DNA from: Deltaproteobacteria bacterium
GTDB lineage: Bacteria; Myxococcota; Kuafuiibacteriia; Kuafuiibacteriales; Kuafuiibacteriaceae
DNA: 64,000 nucleotides
Reading direction: 5' to 3'
Assembly (NCBI GenBank): GCA_016713425.1
Contig: JADJPE010000005.1
Location: 5,437,532 to 5,501,531, forward strand
The position numbers and the translations under genes were made by a program. Below are positions 11,001 to 19,939 of this stretch, one piece after another. Positions within the stretch are counted from its first letter, which is position 1. Each line of letters starts with the position of its first letter. The notes beneath the pieces were generated by a model. That model searched no databases. It had not been told where the DNA came from and saw only the letters and a program-made list of their open reading frames with translations.

Positions 11001-11852
11001 GCGGCCCAAAACAACTTTCCGCTCCTCGAGCCCACGCCCGAACTTCTCGGACAATCGGGCCACGAGTTCGCGCGCGACGACGAGCGTCTCGCCGCGTTCG
11101 GAATCGTAGACGTAGCTGTATTCGAGATCGGCGTGTACGGCGGCAAACATGTTGCTCGGAAGGGTCCACGGGGTCGTCGTCCAGATGAGAAGCGACGCAT
11201 CCTCCCCGACGAGGGGTAGACGCACGTAGACGGACGGATCGTCCACGGTTTTGTAAGCGTTTCCGACCTCGCCGGACGACAACGCAGTACCGCCCTGCGC
11301 CCACCACCAAACAACCTTGTGGCCACGATAGAGGAGCCCCTTCTCGAACAGTCGCGACAGCGCCCACCAAACCGATTCGACGTAACGCTTGTGATATGTC
11401 ACGTAGGCCTTGTCGAGGTCGACCCAGAAGCCGATCCGCTTGGTCATGTGCTCCCACTCGCGCGTATAGCGAAAGACCGACGCAAGGCATCGCTCGGCGA
11501 ATCGATCGACGCCATACTCCAAGATGGCTTCGCGGCCCCGAATTCGGAGTTCCTTTTCGACCTCCACTTCAACCGGAAGTCCGTGCGTATCCCATCCGGC
11601 GCGCCGCTCGACGTGATAGCCCCGCATCGTCATGTAGCGCGGGAAGAGATCCTTGATGACGCGCGTGAGCACATGCCCGTTGTGCGGAAGCCCGTTTGCG
11701 GTCGGCGGTCCCTCGTAGAAGACGAATTCGGGTCGGTCCTTGGTCTCGGCCAACGAACGATGAAAGACCTTGCGATCTTCCCAGAGCTGCAAGATGCGGC
11801 GCTCGAGGTTCGGGAAATTCGGGATGGCCTGGTCGACCTTTTCAAAAGCCAT
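8001..11852 (-). CDS. ileS: isoleucine--tRNA ligase, unusually long at 1283 aa
   Basis: The HIGH-type motif (PPTANGLPHNGHVLTRVIKD) and a KMSKS-like motif (KESKSSGN) are present, together with the editing domain and an anticodon-binding domain (ADAFRWFFLAS). An extra insertion of about 150 aa follows the KMSKS motif. Confidence 0.95.
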   Translation of the reverse strand: MAFEKVDQAIPNFPNLERRILQLWEDRKVFHRSLAETKDRPEFVFYEGPPTANGLPHNGHVLTRVIKDLFPRYMTMRGYHVERRAGWDTHGLPVEVEVEKELRIRGREAILEYGVDRFAERCLASVFRYTREWEHMTKRIGFWVDLDKAYVTYHKRYVESVWWALSRLFEKGLLYRGHKVVWWWAQGGTALSSGEVGNAYKTVDDPSVYVRLPLVGEDASLLIWTTTPWTLPSNMFAAVHADLEYSYVYDSERGETLVVARELVARLSEKFGRGLEERKVVLGRDLIGRRYTPPFDVFTKDTHGATDGDDRYWRVVGGDRSHTTAPDWFVTLDVGTGIVHLAPAFGEDDWKVWRKEERRELETTKRDLKLLCTVRPDGKMDERLASLGLEGTWVKDADRPLIQDLKARGILVHHETYTHEYPFCWRSDSDPLIQFARDAWFIRTTEKIDRVIENNGRVVWAPEHIKEGRFGDFLEGNVDWALSRERFWGTPLNIWVCETCGTMEAPASCAAIEKRNPEAFSRFHADRAAARDKNEDLSLDLMVHKPWIDAVTMPCVKPECGGTMKRVPEVIDCWFDSGCMPFAQFGYPHAEGSEERFRRAFPADFISEAIDQTRGWFYSLMMISNLLFEEKREAHPYKRCIVLGHVLDQFGKKESKSSGNYTPPEIILDAVRMELAVVTMDAPYAKDFKPPRPGEALIGPEDLDGLDLKDGSEVVLTSPSISTSVSRVPAEATERAEKTEKAENAEKTGDVADDRIRRRVKLRVAGKRTQTTKTGLPRRVVILSEEDMKALALEPAPADVRPAEVPRLPMRQRVMVEDQSVPAPGADAFRWFFLASNPPWNSTRHSLSNVRALQKELPIKLRNVYSFFVTYANIDGFSPVEHEKAKRPVKERALLERWVISELEKTKMSVVLHMDAFRSYEATQALNEFVEGLSNWYVRRSRDSFWAEGKGPEKLDAYWTLYQCLRDLALMIAPFLPFAAEDMYQNLVVRQYGEGHPDSVHLRLFPTGDASRVDEVLSQDMAEVRALVSLGLQVRAKTKIKVRQPLEEAEIVLSAPEREAALSQYVGIMQDELNVRTIRFVRAAEEYVSYRVKPNFQALGKRLGPKMKATQAAIAAKDPGELQRALDKNGRVTLDVDAGTVELTKEDLVVTVEAKEGFAAAGGPVGVVVLNTTLSDALIEEGLFREVLSKVQGRRKDLKLDFAARISLSLWGLSERLAATLEKRREELGRETLASDVRLVSEVAPSDVFEATVGDERIGIGIVDLGTPGKKSDRFDAAGTSRS

Positions 11853-11901
11853 GGCCGGCGGACCCTACACGAAACGACCCCGCTTGGGGTACATCTGTCG
11901 G

Positions 11902-12745
11902 CATGTCGACCTTCTTGGCTGCTGTCGTTCAGCTCACGACCACCGACGACGTGGAAGCGTCCTTGAATCGCGCCTGTCAGGGCGTAGAAGACGCCGCCCG
12001 GCGTGGGGCCACGTTGGTCGCTCTACCGGAAAACGTCAGCTTCATGGGAAGCGAGCGCACCAAGCTGACCCTAAGGGAACCGATCCATGGACCGACCTTC
12101 CAGAGGTTCTCTGACCTCGCGCGGGCGCTGCGCATCCATCTGATCGCGGGGACTCTTCCCGAGATCGCCTCGGATGACACGCACGCGTTCAACACGTCGG
12201 TCGTCTTCGGGCCCGACGGCGCCCGCCTCGGGCGCTACCGGAAGATCCATCTATTCGACGTCGAATTGGGCGAGGGTGCCACCCACCACGAGTCCGCAAC
12301 CGTCGAGGCCGGGACGTCGGCGACGGTCGTCGATACGCCCCTCGGAAAGCTCGGTCTCAGCATCTGCTACGATGTTCGCTTCCCGGGTCTTTATCGAGCC
12401 CTCGCCCGCGCCGGCGCGGAGATCCTCTCGGTGCCCGCCGCCTTCACGGTCCCGACGGGGCGCGACCACTGGGAGGTCTTGATCCGCGCGCGCGCAATCG
12501 AGAACCAGTGCTTCTTGCTTGCACCCGCGCAGGTGGGCGCGAACGCACCGAACCGCCGAACCTTCGGCCGCTCGATGATCGTCGATCCGTGGGGCACGGT
12601 CCTCGCCACCTGTCCAGACGCGCCCGGCATCGCGTTGGCGGAGATCGATCTCGCGCGCCTTCGCGACCTCCGCGCCCGGCTACCGACGGCGGCGCACGAA
12701 CGTCCCGAGGCCTACCACGTCGCCGCCTCCGAACCGAGCCGTTGA
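11902..12745 (+). CDS. carbon-nitrogen hydrolase (nitrilase superfamily amidohydrolase)
   Basis: All three members of the catalytic Glu-Lys-Cys triad are in the expected contexts (LPENVSF, YRKIHLF, LSICYDVRFP). Length is about 281 aa from the ATG at 11902. Confidence 0.8.
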
Positions 12746-12828
12746 GTCTTCTCCCCGGCCAATCGCGTTGACGGCATACGGGCCGACTGCTACCGGCGAA
12801 CGATGAGCCGGAACGATGAGCCGGGACG

Positions 12829-13971
12829 ATGAGCCGTGATCTCCTGCGAGTGGTCGCACGGCCGGCGTTCAAGAACCAAGCCGTAAACCCGTATAATGCG
12901 CGCATCTACGGCGGCATGGACCGCTATGGAATCCAAGTGGTCGAGTACGGTCCCGCCGCGCTCTTGGCTCGGCCCGATATCGTCCATGTGCACTGGCCTG
13001 AGTCGTCCTTCAACCACGGACTTCTGGGCGCACGGCTCACAACCCACGCCCTCTTGCTTGCGCTCAAATCGGCCCGCCAAAGAGGGGCCAAGATCGTCTG
13101 GACGATGCACAACCTTCGCGCCCATGAGCGTCGCTATCCTTCGACCGAAGCGGTTTTCTGGCAGCGCTTTCTCCCGCTGGTCGACGCGACGATTGCGCTG
13201 AGTCAAGCCAGTCTGGATTTCGCACGCCAGGCGCGGCCCGAGATCGCCGACAAACCGTCGTTCGTCGTTCGGCATCCCGACTACCGAGGTGCATATCCAG
13301 ACGACGTCGACCGGATCGAGGCCCGCCGACGTCTTGGCCTTCCGCCCGAGACGCAGGCCGTCATCACGTTCTTTGGGCACATCAAGGCGTACAAGAACGT
13401 CCCGGCCCTCATCGAGACCGTTCGTGCTCTGCCCCCCGATATCGTCCTTCTCGTGGCGGGACGCGCTCGAGACCCGAGTGCCGCAGAGCTCATCCGCAAC
13501 GCCGCCGGCAACGACCCCCGTATTCGCCTCACGCTGCGTCACATCGAAGACGACGAAACGCAGCTCTTCTTCCGCGCCGCCGATCTCGTCGCCCTCCCCT
13601 ACCACGACATCCTCAACTCGGGGACCGCGTTGCTCGCGCTCTCCTTCGACCGGCCTGTCTGGCTGTCGGTCGGAGGTGAACCCAGCGAAGGCGGAGCAAA
13701 CACCGTCGCCGACGGGGTCGATGCGGCGAGCGCGGCGAGCGCGACGGACGCTTCCGGTTCGGCCCGTGCGCTGGCTCGCGACCTTCAGGCCGCTGTCGGT
13801 ACGCAATGGGTTCGTTCTGGCCCGCTGTCGGCCGAACAACTGCAAGCCGCATTGCTCGGTTCGCAACAACTACCGGAAAGGACCTCGGGCGACCATCTTC
13901 GACTCTTCTCGCCCGCGGCCGTCACCCAAACGACCGCAGGAGTCTTTCACAGCGTGGTGGCTCAGCCCTAA
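12829..13971 (+). CDS. glycosyltransferase (GT-B fold, GT4-like)
   Basis: The N-terminal region (IVHVHWPES...KIVWTMHN) and the C-terminal Rossmann-like region have the layout of GT1/GT4 enzymes. No exact family assignment is possible. Confidence 0.55.
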   Translation: MSRDLLRVVARPAFKNQAVNPYNARIYGGMDRYGIQVVEYGPAALLARPDIVHVHWPESSFNHGLLGARLTTHALLLALKSARQRGAKIVWTMHNLRAHERRYPSTEAVFWQRFLPLVDATIALSQASLDFARQARPEIADKPSFVVRHPDYRGAYPDDVDRIEARRRLGLPPETQAVITFFGHIKAYKNVPALIETVRALPPDIVLLVAGRARDPSAAELIRNAAGNDPRIRLTLRHIEDDETQLFFRAADLVALPYHDILNSGTALLALSFDRPVWLSVGGEPSEGGANTVADGVDAASAASATDASGSARALARDLQAAVGTQWVRSGPLSAEQLQAALLGSQQLPERTSGDHLRLFSPAAVTQTTAGVFHSVVAQP

Positions 13972-14067
13972 GACGAGTCATGGGCGTTGTTGCACGCTCG
14001 AAGAGTCGGCCGAGGACTCCTCGTCAGGAGGCCCGAGGACCCTGCGGGGCCGTGCAGGGCCCTTTCA

Positions 14068-14134
14068 CGGCGATTGACGGCGATTGATCGCGATTGACGG
14101 CGATTCCTGATGGCGAGTGAGTGATGGCGAGTGG
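14068..14134. repeat. direct repeats with 10-bp phasing, (C/G)GCGATTGA(C/T) x4, followed by GATGGCGAGTG x2
   Basis: Visible in the intergenic sequence upstream of the 14292 ORF. Confidence 0.5.
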
Positions 14135-14291
14135 CAGCGGACAGTTTCCGAGCCGGTCGACACTCCTAGATGGCACACCGCGGCTTCCAACGGATCTTCG
14201 AACGAAGCTTTTGCTGTCGATCGCTCGCGGTCCGGGGTCTGCAAGAGGCCCGTCCAAGCACGCCACACTACGACCGATAGGGAGATTGCGC

Positions 14292-15461
14292 ATGAAGACA
14301 AGTTGGAGATCGACGGGACTCAGCCACCCGGGCCGTGCGGTCCGCACGGGCGCCTTTGTCGCGGCCATATTTAGTAGTCACTGCGGGACGGGCGCCGACG
14401 GATGGCCCGAGGCTGACGACGAGAACGTCGAAGAATCGCAGGACGGGCTGACCCTGAACGTGTCGAACTGGCACGATATCCCGGTGTTCACGCCGAACTC
14501 GACCGGATCGAACATGAACCAGCTCTTCGAGAAGACGCTGTACTCGGGCGCGCTTGCGAAGCAGGACATCAACATCTGGTACGCTCGGACAGCATTTGCG
14601 CGCACGTTTCCAAACGCCGGTCGTGTCAAATTGCCAGGCCTGACTCGCAATTATATCGGCGTGCCTTGGCAGCCACGCCCATTTATCAACTACGTAACGG
14701 GCCAAGGGTACCTCATCGAACTCGAAGTCGAGAGCACCGGCGCGGTCGTGCCGTTCGGCGTACTCGACGTGTACGGCATGGCCAACGGCGTCCATGGGCT
14801 CTACTCAACGGGTGCCATGAAGAACCCGAGCAGCCCGACGGCACCGGCGCCCGGTGCGACGGCACAGACTTGGGGCGGTCCACTGTGGCCCGAGACCTCG
14901 AAGTTTCCGCGGCTCCTGCCGCTCCTACCGAGCCAGATCCTGCTTCCAGACCGACTCGGCCAGGAGACACGCTTCACCGTTCCGTGGCCCGGCCGCGCCA
15001 CCGACAACTGGGCCGCCTTCATCGGCATGTCGAACGCGGTCAGTCGTGGGGCCGCGCCGGCCGCGTGCCAGCTCAAGTCGGAGGGAAGCATTGGCTTGCC
15101 CATCGCCTCTTCGACGGGGAACACGATTCACGCGCTTCGCAAGATCAACTTGGGCGGAAACATGGGTGTAAGGTGGGTGCTGATCTACTCCAACTACGAC
15201 GACGTCCAACGTCGAATCCGTAACGAAAGACAAGGCGGAATCGTGGAGTACTTTGGGATCGATCTTGCACCCGGCTCCGTTTGGCCTGGTGGCGGCCCTC
15301 CAACCTATGGCCGCGTACTCTACGGCCAGCAGGTCCTCGATGGGTCGGGCAAGATGGTGAACTGGAGTCTCGGACTATGGAATCGAACCGTTCCAAGAAC
15401 CAGAGGGGGCCGAATTTTCAACTGCTCGACCGTGACACCGGTTGTCGACGTCACCCTGTGA
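14292..15461 (+). CDS. hypothetical secreted protein or lipoprotein (no recognisable domain)
   Basis: The ATG at 14292 yields MKTSWRSTGLSHPGRAVRTGAFVAAIFSSHCGT..., which has signal-peptide character with a possible lipobox (SSHC). The 390-aa ORF has coding-like composition and ends convergent with the TonB-dependent receptor gene. Confidence 0.45.
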   Translation: MKTSWRSTGLSHPGRAVRTGAFVAAIFSSHCGTGADGWPEADDENVEESQDGLTLNVSNWHDIPVFTPNSTGSNMNQLFEKTLYSGALAKQDINIWYARTAFARTFPNAGRVKLPGLTRNYIGVPWQPRPFINYVTGQGYLIELEVESTGAVVPFGVLDVYGMANGVHGLYSTGAMKNPSSPTAPAPGATAQTWGGPLWPETSKFPRLLPLLPSQILLPDRLGQETRFTVPWPGRATDNWAAFIGMSNAVSRGAAPAACQLKSEGSIGLPIASSTGNTIHALRKINLGGNMGVRWVLIYSNYDDVQRRIRNERQGGIVEYFGIDLAPGSVWPGGGPPTYGRVLYGQQVLDGSGKMVNWSLGLWNRTVPRTRGGRIFNCSTVTPVVDVTL

Positions 15462-15555
15462 TCTTGAGATGATCCGCCGCCGCTCGAAGAGTGCTCGCCC
15501 TCGACGTCTCACCGGCGGACGAAAGGTGAGTTGCAGTGGGGAGAGGCCTCCGGCT

Positions 15556-18111
15556 TCAGAGGTCCGTCGACATCGAGATCGTCCCGAAGACCCAGCAACC
15601 CGGCTGCGGATATGGAAATTGGGTACTCCCGCCCTGATACCACCGCGAGCCGAAGAGATTGTAGACCCAGAGCGAAACGCCAAGCCCTGGGAGGAATGCA
15701 TTCTCCGCCCGAACCCCGACATCCGCGAGCAACAGATCAGGCTCCGAATTCGCGACGTTATCGATACGATTCGGCCGGTTCTGTGAAACGCGCAGGATCG
15801 GCGACTGCCGAGCCCCCACGTGCCGAAGGTGTAGGCTGACCCAGGCGTCGTCGAGGATGCTGGAGATCGGATTCACGTCGACAATCAGATTCCCGTAGAA
15901 CATGGGAACATTCCACAAACGATGGTCACCATCTTGCGCGTTCACGATCGGGCGCGTCGACTGGCGATCGAAGGCCGTGTACTCCTCCACATCCGTGACG
16001 ACGAAGACGGTATAGTTCCCCCGAATGCGGTACCAATCTCCAATGAACGCAATCTCGTCTTCGAGGCTGACCGAATTCACAATGCCCGCGTTGTTGTAGT
16101 TCGACTCGCCGGCGGCCGCGTTCGGAATCCGGTAGATACCATCGCGAAGGTTGCTGTACGAAATATTGAGCGTATTGACGAAGCGTCGCTCGAGAAGACG
16201 CAACGTCGGTGTCAACGAGACCGATCGCATCCGTTCGGGTCGAAGGTTGTACGCTCCCGTGTAAGCCTGCAACGAGCTATATCGATACCAGTACGGACTA
16301 TCGACGAACGCATCGGAGTACGAAAGACTCACATCGAGCGCATCATTGGCCGTAACGATGACCGCTGCTCGCGGACTGAGAACCACGATGTCATCTTGCT
16401 CCGGCGGTTCGGAGGCGGCCGAACCATCGTTGTTTCGGCGCTCGCGATAGTCGAGCCGCCCGCCGATGTTGAGGAGAACGGGATCAGACAGGCGGTGTTT
16501 CAGTTGAACAAAGGCCGAATAGGTGCCCTCCCGCCCGGTGAACAACACGCGCTTGCGCGTTTCGTCGGCGAAGACATCGAAGTCGCCAACGCCCGAAGGG
16601 AGCGCACTGTCTTGCAGCCACCACACATCGAGCTGAGCACCGGCGAGGACAGTTCCACGACCGAACCCACCGAGATCGTAGTCATAGATGCCTTGTAGGA
16701 TCGCTTGATAAGCATCCTCCGTCCACGTGAGCCAGATCTGACTATTGTCGACCAGCGGCAGCGGCGGAGGGCCCATCGTATCGACATCCCATCCGGGCGG
16801 TGCCGTCCGGTTCCCGACCAGGACGCCCTCAACGCTCGAATGATCCCAAGCGGTCTTGACGGATATCTTCAACGACGTATTCAAACGACGCGACCACTCG
16901 GCGCCAAAGGACATCGTCCGCATCCCTAGCCCCGTCCCCACGCCGTTGAAGGTCCGGATCTTGTCGTAGTCGTAGAGATCGCCCGTTCGTCCACTCGATG
17001 AATAGGACTCGGTCAGCTTCTCGAAACGAGACTGCCCAAAGACGGACAGATCTCCCGCCCGAAGCCGCAGCCCTACATCATGATTGAGCGGAACTTTGAC
17101 CGCTCCCACGTACAGATTCCCGGAACGTGGTTGCTCAGTACCGAGGTCTTGAACCCAGTCGTCTGCGGCCGCGATCTGAACGCGTTCGCCCTTGGCTCGG
17201 TAGAGTTGGCCATAGAATACAACATCGCTCCACTCGTTGAATCGGCGCCCAAACGTGGCTTCGCCCAGCCATTGACCAAAGTTGCCCGTGCCGATCCGAA
17301 GCTTGGCCGCATTGATGTCGCCGCCGTCCTTGGTCACGATGTTGACCACGGCCGTCAACGCTGCGTTCCCATAAACTGAAGATCCGGGCCCACGCAGGAC
17401 CTCGATCTGCTTGACCTTGTCGGGATTGATGCTGATCCCGAACCCGGGCGCGGCTGTTCCATAGGCACGTTGGTTCAGTCGGTGCCCGTCGAGCATCACG
17501 AGAATCTTCTGCTGCGAGGACGCATAGATTCCGCGCATCGCGACGTTGTATTCGTTGTGGTCGATGATGCTCGTCATGCCTGGGACATAGGCGACGAGGA
17601 CATCCAACAGCGTTCGACCGCCGACGGCACGAATCATGTCGTCGGTAATGACCGTGACCGGGACCGGAGCCTCCCGTAACGGCTCACGCTGACCCGACGC
17701 CGTCTCCACCGAAATCGGGAGCTTCAGGAGCTCGCCCAGCGAGAGATCGACCAAGTCCTCCGCCTCATAGTTGGCGTCCTCGTCTTCGCCCTCATCCCCG
17801 CCTTCGCCTTCATCGCCGCCCTCGCCCGCAACCTCAACCTCGCCGCTGCCTCCGCGGACTCCGCTGCCTCCGCGGACTCCGCTCGCTTCGCGAGCGTCAC
17901 GAGCTTCACGAGCTTCGGCCCCTTCCCCAAGCGCCTGACTGCTTGTCTGGACCGAGCTGAGCGCAGGGGGCCCCTCGTCGCCCCAGGCAGCCTCCGGATA
18001 CGCCGAGACCGCGGGAACAAGAAGCAGGCACGCGCCGAGCCCCGCTCCGATCATCGGCCGAGGACAACGTCCGGACGTCGGCCTGGCCGCCCAATTATTC
18101 ACTCCGCGCAT
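15556..18111 (-). CDS. TonB-dependent outer-membrane receptor
   Basis: Signal peptide, an acidic Gly-rich low-complexity N-terminal extension and a TonB-box region (DLVDLSLGELLKLPISVETASGQ). The plug domain is recognisable (LLDVLVAYVPGMTSI...RGPGSSVYGNAALTAVVNIVTK) and is followed by a long barrel region. Confidence 0.85.
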   Translation of the reverse strand: MRGVNNWAARPTSGRCPRPMIGAGLGACLLLVPAVSAYPEAAWGDEGPPALSSVQTSSQALGEGAEAREARDAREASGVRGGSGVRGGSGEVEVAGEGGDEGEGGDEGEDEDANYEAEDLVDLSLGELLKLPISVETASGQREPLREAPVPVTVITDDMIRAVGGRTLLDVLVAYVPGMTSIIDHNEYNVAMRGIYASSQQKILVMLDGHRLNQRAYGTAAPGFGISINPDKVKQIEVLRGPGSSVYGNAALTAVVNIVTKDGGDINAAKLRIGTGNFGQWLGEATFGRRFNEWSDVVFYGQLYRAKGERVQIAAADDWVQDLGTEQPRSGNLYVGAVKVPLNHDVGLRLRAGDLSVFGQSRFEKLTESYSSSGRTGDLYDYDKIRTFNGVGTGLGMRTMSFGAEWSRRLNTSLKISVKTAWDHSSVEGVLVGNRTAPPGWDVDTMGPPPLPLVDNSQIWLTWTEDAYQAILQGIYDYDLGGFGRGTVLAGAQLDVWWLQDSALPSGVGDFDVFADETRKRVLFTGREGTYSAFVQLKHRLSDPVLLNIGGRLDYRERRNNDGSAASEPPEQDDIVVLSPRAAVIVTANDALDVSLSYSDAFVDSPYWYRYSSLQAYTGAYNLRPERMRSVSLTPTLRLLERRFVNTLNISYSNLRDGIYRIPNAAAGESNYNNAGIVNSVSLEDEIAFIGDWYRIRGNYTVFVVTDVEEYTAFDRQSTRPIVNAQDGDHRLWNVPMFYGNLIVDVNPISSILDDAWVSLHLRHVGARQSPILRVSQNRPNRIDNVANSEPDLLLADVGVRAENAFLPGLGVSLWVYNLFGSRWYQGGSTQFPYPQPGCWVFGTISMSTDL

Positions 18112-18146
18112 TCACGACCCCCACCTACAAAACTCACAGTCCGCAC

Positions 18147-18839
18147 CTACTCCACGACCTCGGCCAGGCGCAAAAAGGCCGCACCAAAGTCAGCACGAAT
18201 CCGCCGAGCAGCCGGCAGATTCACGAGAATTGCGGGATTCTTCCCCTTGGCCACCACGCCAATCGTTATGCCCTTCTCCACGTACGATCGCTGCCCCGCA
18301 AGCGTTGGGGCCTCGACCTTCGCGGCCGCGGCGAGAATCTCTTGCAGCGAATCGTCGAGACCCGGGCAGACATACACGACGGTTGCCTTCGCCTTCGCGA
18401 GCTCCACGTCCAACGGCGTCTTGAACGGAACCGACACGAAACGAACCTTCAAGTCACGGATCGTTATATTTCCAGCGCGCTGAAAGGCCCCCAACATCTC
18501 GGTGTACCGCTGTACCGAGGTGCTCGAGCTGGGTTCGTAGACGATCGCGACGACAATCTCCGAGAGTGATCGCTGCACGAGGTTTCGGTCATACCCGATC
18601 GCCTTCAGATGGATCGCAGCCTCCAGAGCTGCGTCAACCTCTCCGCGGGATTTCGCGACGGCCTGCAACGGGATCCAAACAAGAACCGCCGCGATCCCCA
18701 GCGCCACGGCGACGCCTCGCGTTCTCCGAACCCCCAACGACGTCACGTCTCCCCCGGGGCCATCCAGGCGCGCAAACGCCACCCCTTCCCGACCGCAAAG
18801 ACCTAACATGCGCTCAGGGCACCGTCGAGGATGCGCCAC
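18147..18839 (-). CDS. YfiR-like periplasmic protein (DUF4154 family); start probably internal, at the signal peptide VALGIAAVLVW
   Basis: The C-terminal half (TLAGQRSYVEKGITIGVVAKGKNPAILVNLPAARRIRADFGAAFLRLAEV) follows the YfiR/DUF4154 pattern (LLIGEQ..F...G.I.F.L.GNKVRFEIN...K..GL.IS..LL.L). A hydrophobic signal segment is present near the N-terminus. Confidence 0.6.
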   Translation of the reverse strand: MAHPRRCPERMLGLCGREGVAFARLDGPGGDVTSLGVRRTRGVAVALGIAAVLVWIPLQAVAKSRGEVDAALEAAIHLKAIGYDRNLVQRSLSEIVVAIVYEPSSSTSVQRYTEMLGAFQRAGNITIRDLKVRFVSVPFKTPLDVELAKAKATVVYVCPGLDDSLQEILAAAAKVEAPTLAGQRSYVEKGITIGVVAKGKNPAILVNLPAARRIRADFGAAFLRLAEVVE

Positions 18840-18999
18840 CGCATTGCGTCAGACCGCGCAAGGCAAGTCCTCGACGCGACCACCCACGTCGTGACATCGG
18901 GAGGGAAGGACACCCACCCACCTCGATCCCCAAAGCCCTACTGGTTGGGAATCCGTCGCCTAGCGTCTGCATTCGAGTTCGTGACAGATCAGACAAAGC

Positions 19000-19551
19000 G
19001 TGTCCAACACGAGCGGAGAAGAACGCTGGGTCGAGCTCGCAGAGCGCTACGTGCTGCGCTGCACTCCCGAGCTCTTTACAGCCTACGGAATGGCGATTGA
19101 AGGCAAGACTTCGTCGAGAGTCTCCTTCGACTCCGATTCTCTGGTCGGCGTCGCGGGATTCGTCGGCGATGTATGCGGTATTCTTTCGCTCCGCATCGAC
19201 GCTGCGGTTGTCGCCGCTTGCCACCCTATCCAAAAGGATGCCGCGCCCAATCGACGCATGCTCTTCGACTGGACAAGCGAGCTTGCGAATCAGCTCGTCG
19301 GGCGAATCAAGCTGCGGCTCGGGAACCACGGAATAAACTTCCGAGTGAGCGCTCCGATCGCCCTCGATGGTGCGCGAATGCGTTTCGTGGGTGCGAACGG
19401 GCACACATGCCGTGCCAGCTTCGACACCGGAACCGGCGATCTCGACGTGTGGGTCGACGCAGAACTCCGGAAGTCTGTCACATGGTCCGAAGCATTCTTC
19501 CGCGATGACCTATCCGATCCCAACGTCGAAGGCACGGTGATCTTCCTATGA
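19000..19551 (+). CDS. CheX/CheC-like phosphatase-fold protein (putative)
   Basis: A 183-aa ORF containing D-x3-E-x2-N-x21-P (DWTSELANQ...SAP), a near match to the CheC/CheX D/S-x3-E-x2-N-x22-P motif. Its stop overlaps the start of the downstream CheY-like gene. Confidence 0.45.
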   Translation: MSNTSGEERWVELAERYVLRCTPELFTAYGMAIEGKTSSRVSFDSDSLVGVAGFVGDVCGILSLRIDAAVVAACHPIQKDAAPNRRMLFDWTSELANQLVGRIKLRLGNHGINFRVSAPIALDGARMRFVGANGHTCRASFDTGTGDLDVWVDAELRKSVTWSEAFFRDDLSDPNVEGTVIFL

Positions 19552-19928
19552 CGACAAAGAAGGTCATGGTCGTCGACGACTCGCACACGGTGCAGGCGCT
19601 CGTCTCGTCGGCGTTTGCGAACCATGGATTCAGCGTCATCTGTGCGTCTGACGGCATGGACGCGATCGAGAAGTTGTCGATGCACGACGACGTGGTGCTC
19701 ATCTTCTGCGACGTCAACATGCCTCGGATGAGCGGCCTCGAGATGGTCAGTGAAGTCAAACGCATGCAGAAGTACGTCGATATTCCGGTGGTCATGCTTA
19801 CAACAGAAGGCCGTCCGGAGCTCATGCGCCGCGCGAAGGAGGCAGGCGCAAGTGCATGGATTGTCAAACCATTCAAACCGGAACAGCTCGTCGCGGTTGT
19901 GAAGAAGCTCGTTGAACGAACAGGCTAG
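19548..19928 (+). CDS. single-domain CheY-like response regulator
   Basis: A 126-aa receiver domain (VMVVDDSHTV...IFCDVNMPRMSGLE...VMLTTEG...KPF) with the acidic pocket and phospho-acceptor Asp intact. Confidence 0.85.
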   Translation: MTTKKVMVVDDSHTVQALVSSAFANHGFSVICASDGMDAIEKLSMHDDVVLIFCDVNMPRMSGLEMVSEVKRMQKYVDIPVVMLTTEGRPELMRRAKEAGASAWIVKPFKPEQLVAVVKKLVERTG

Positions 19929-19939
19929 ACGATACAGTC

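Noticed and set aside
12790-13869. 359-aa minus-strand ORF
   Set aside because: It is antisense to the glycosyltransferase gene. The glycosyltransferase frame has the recognisable fold motifs.
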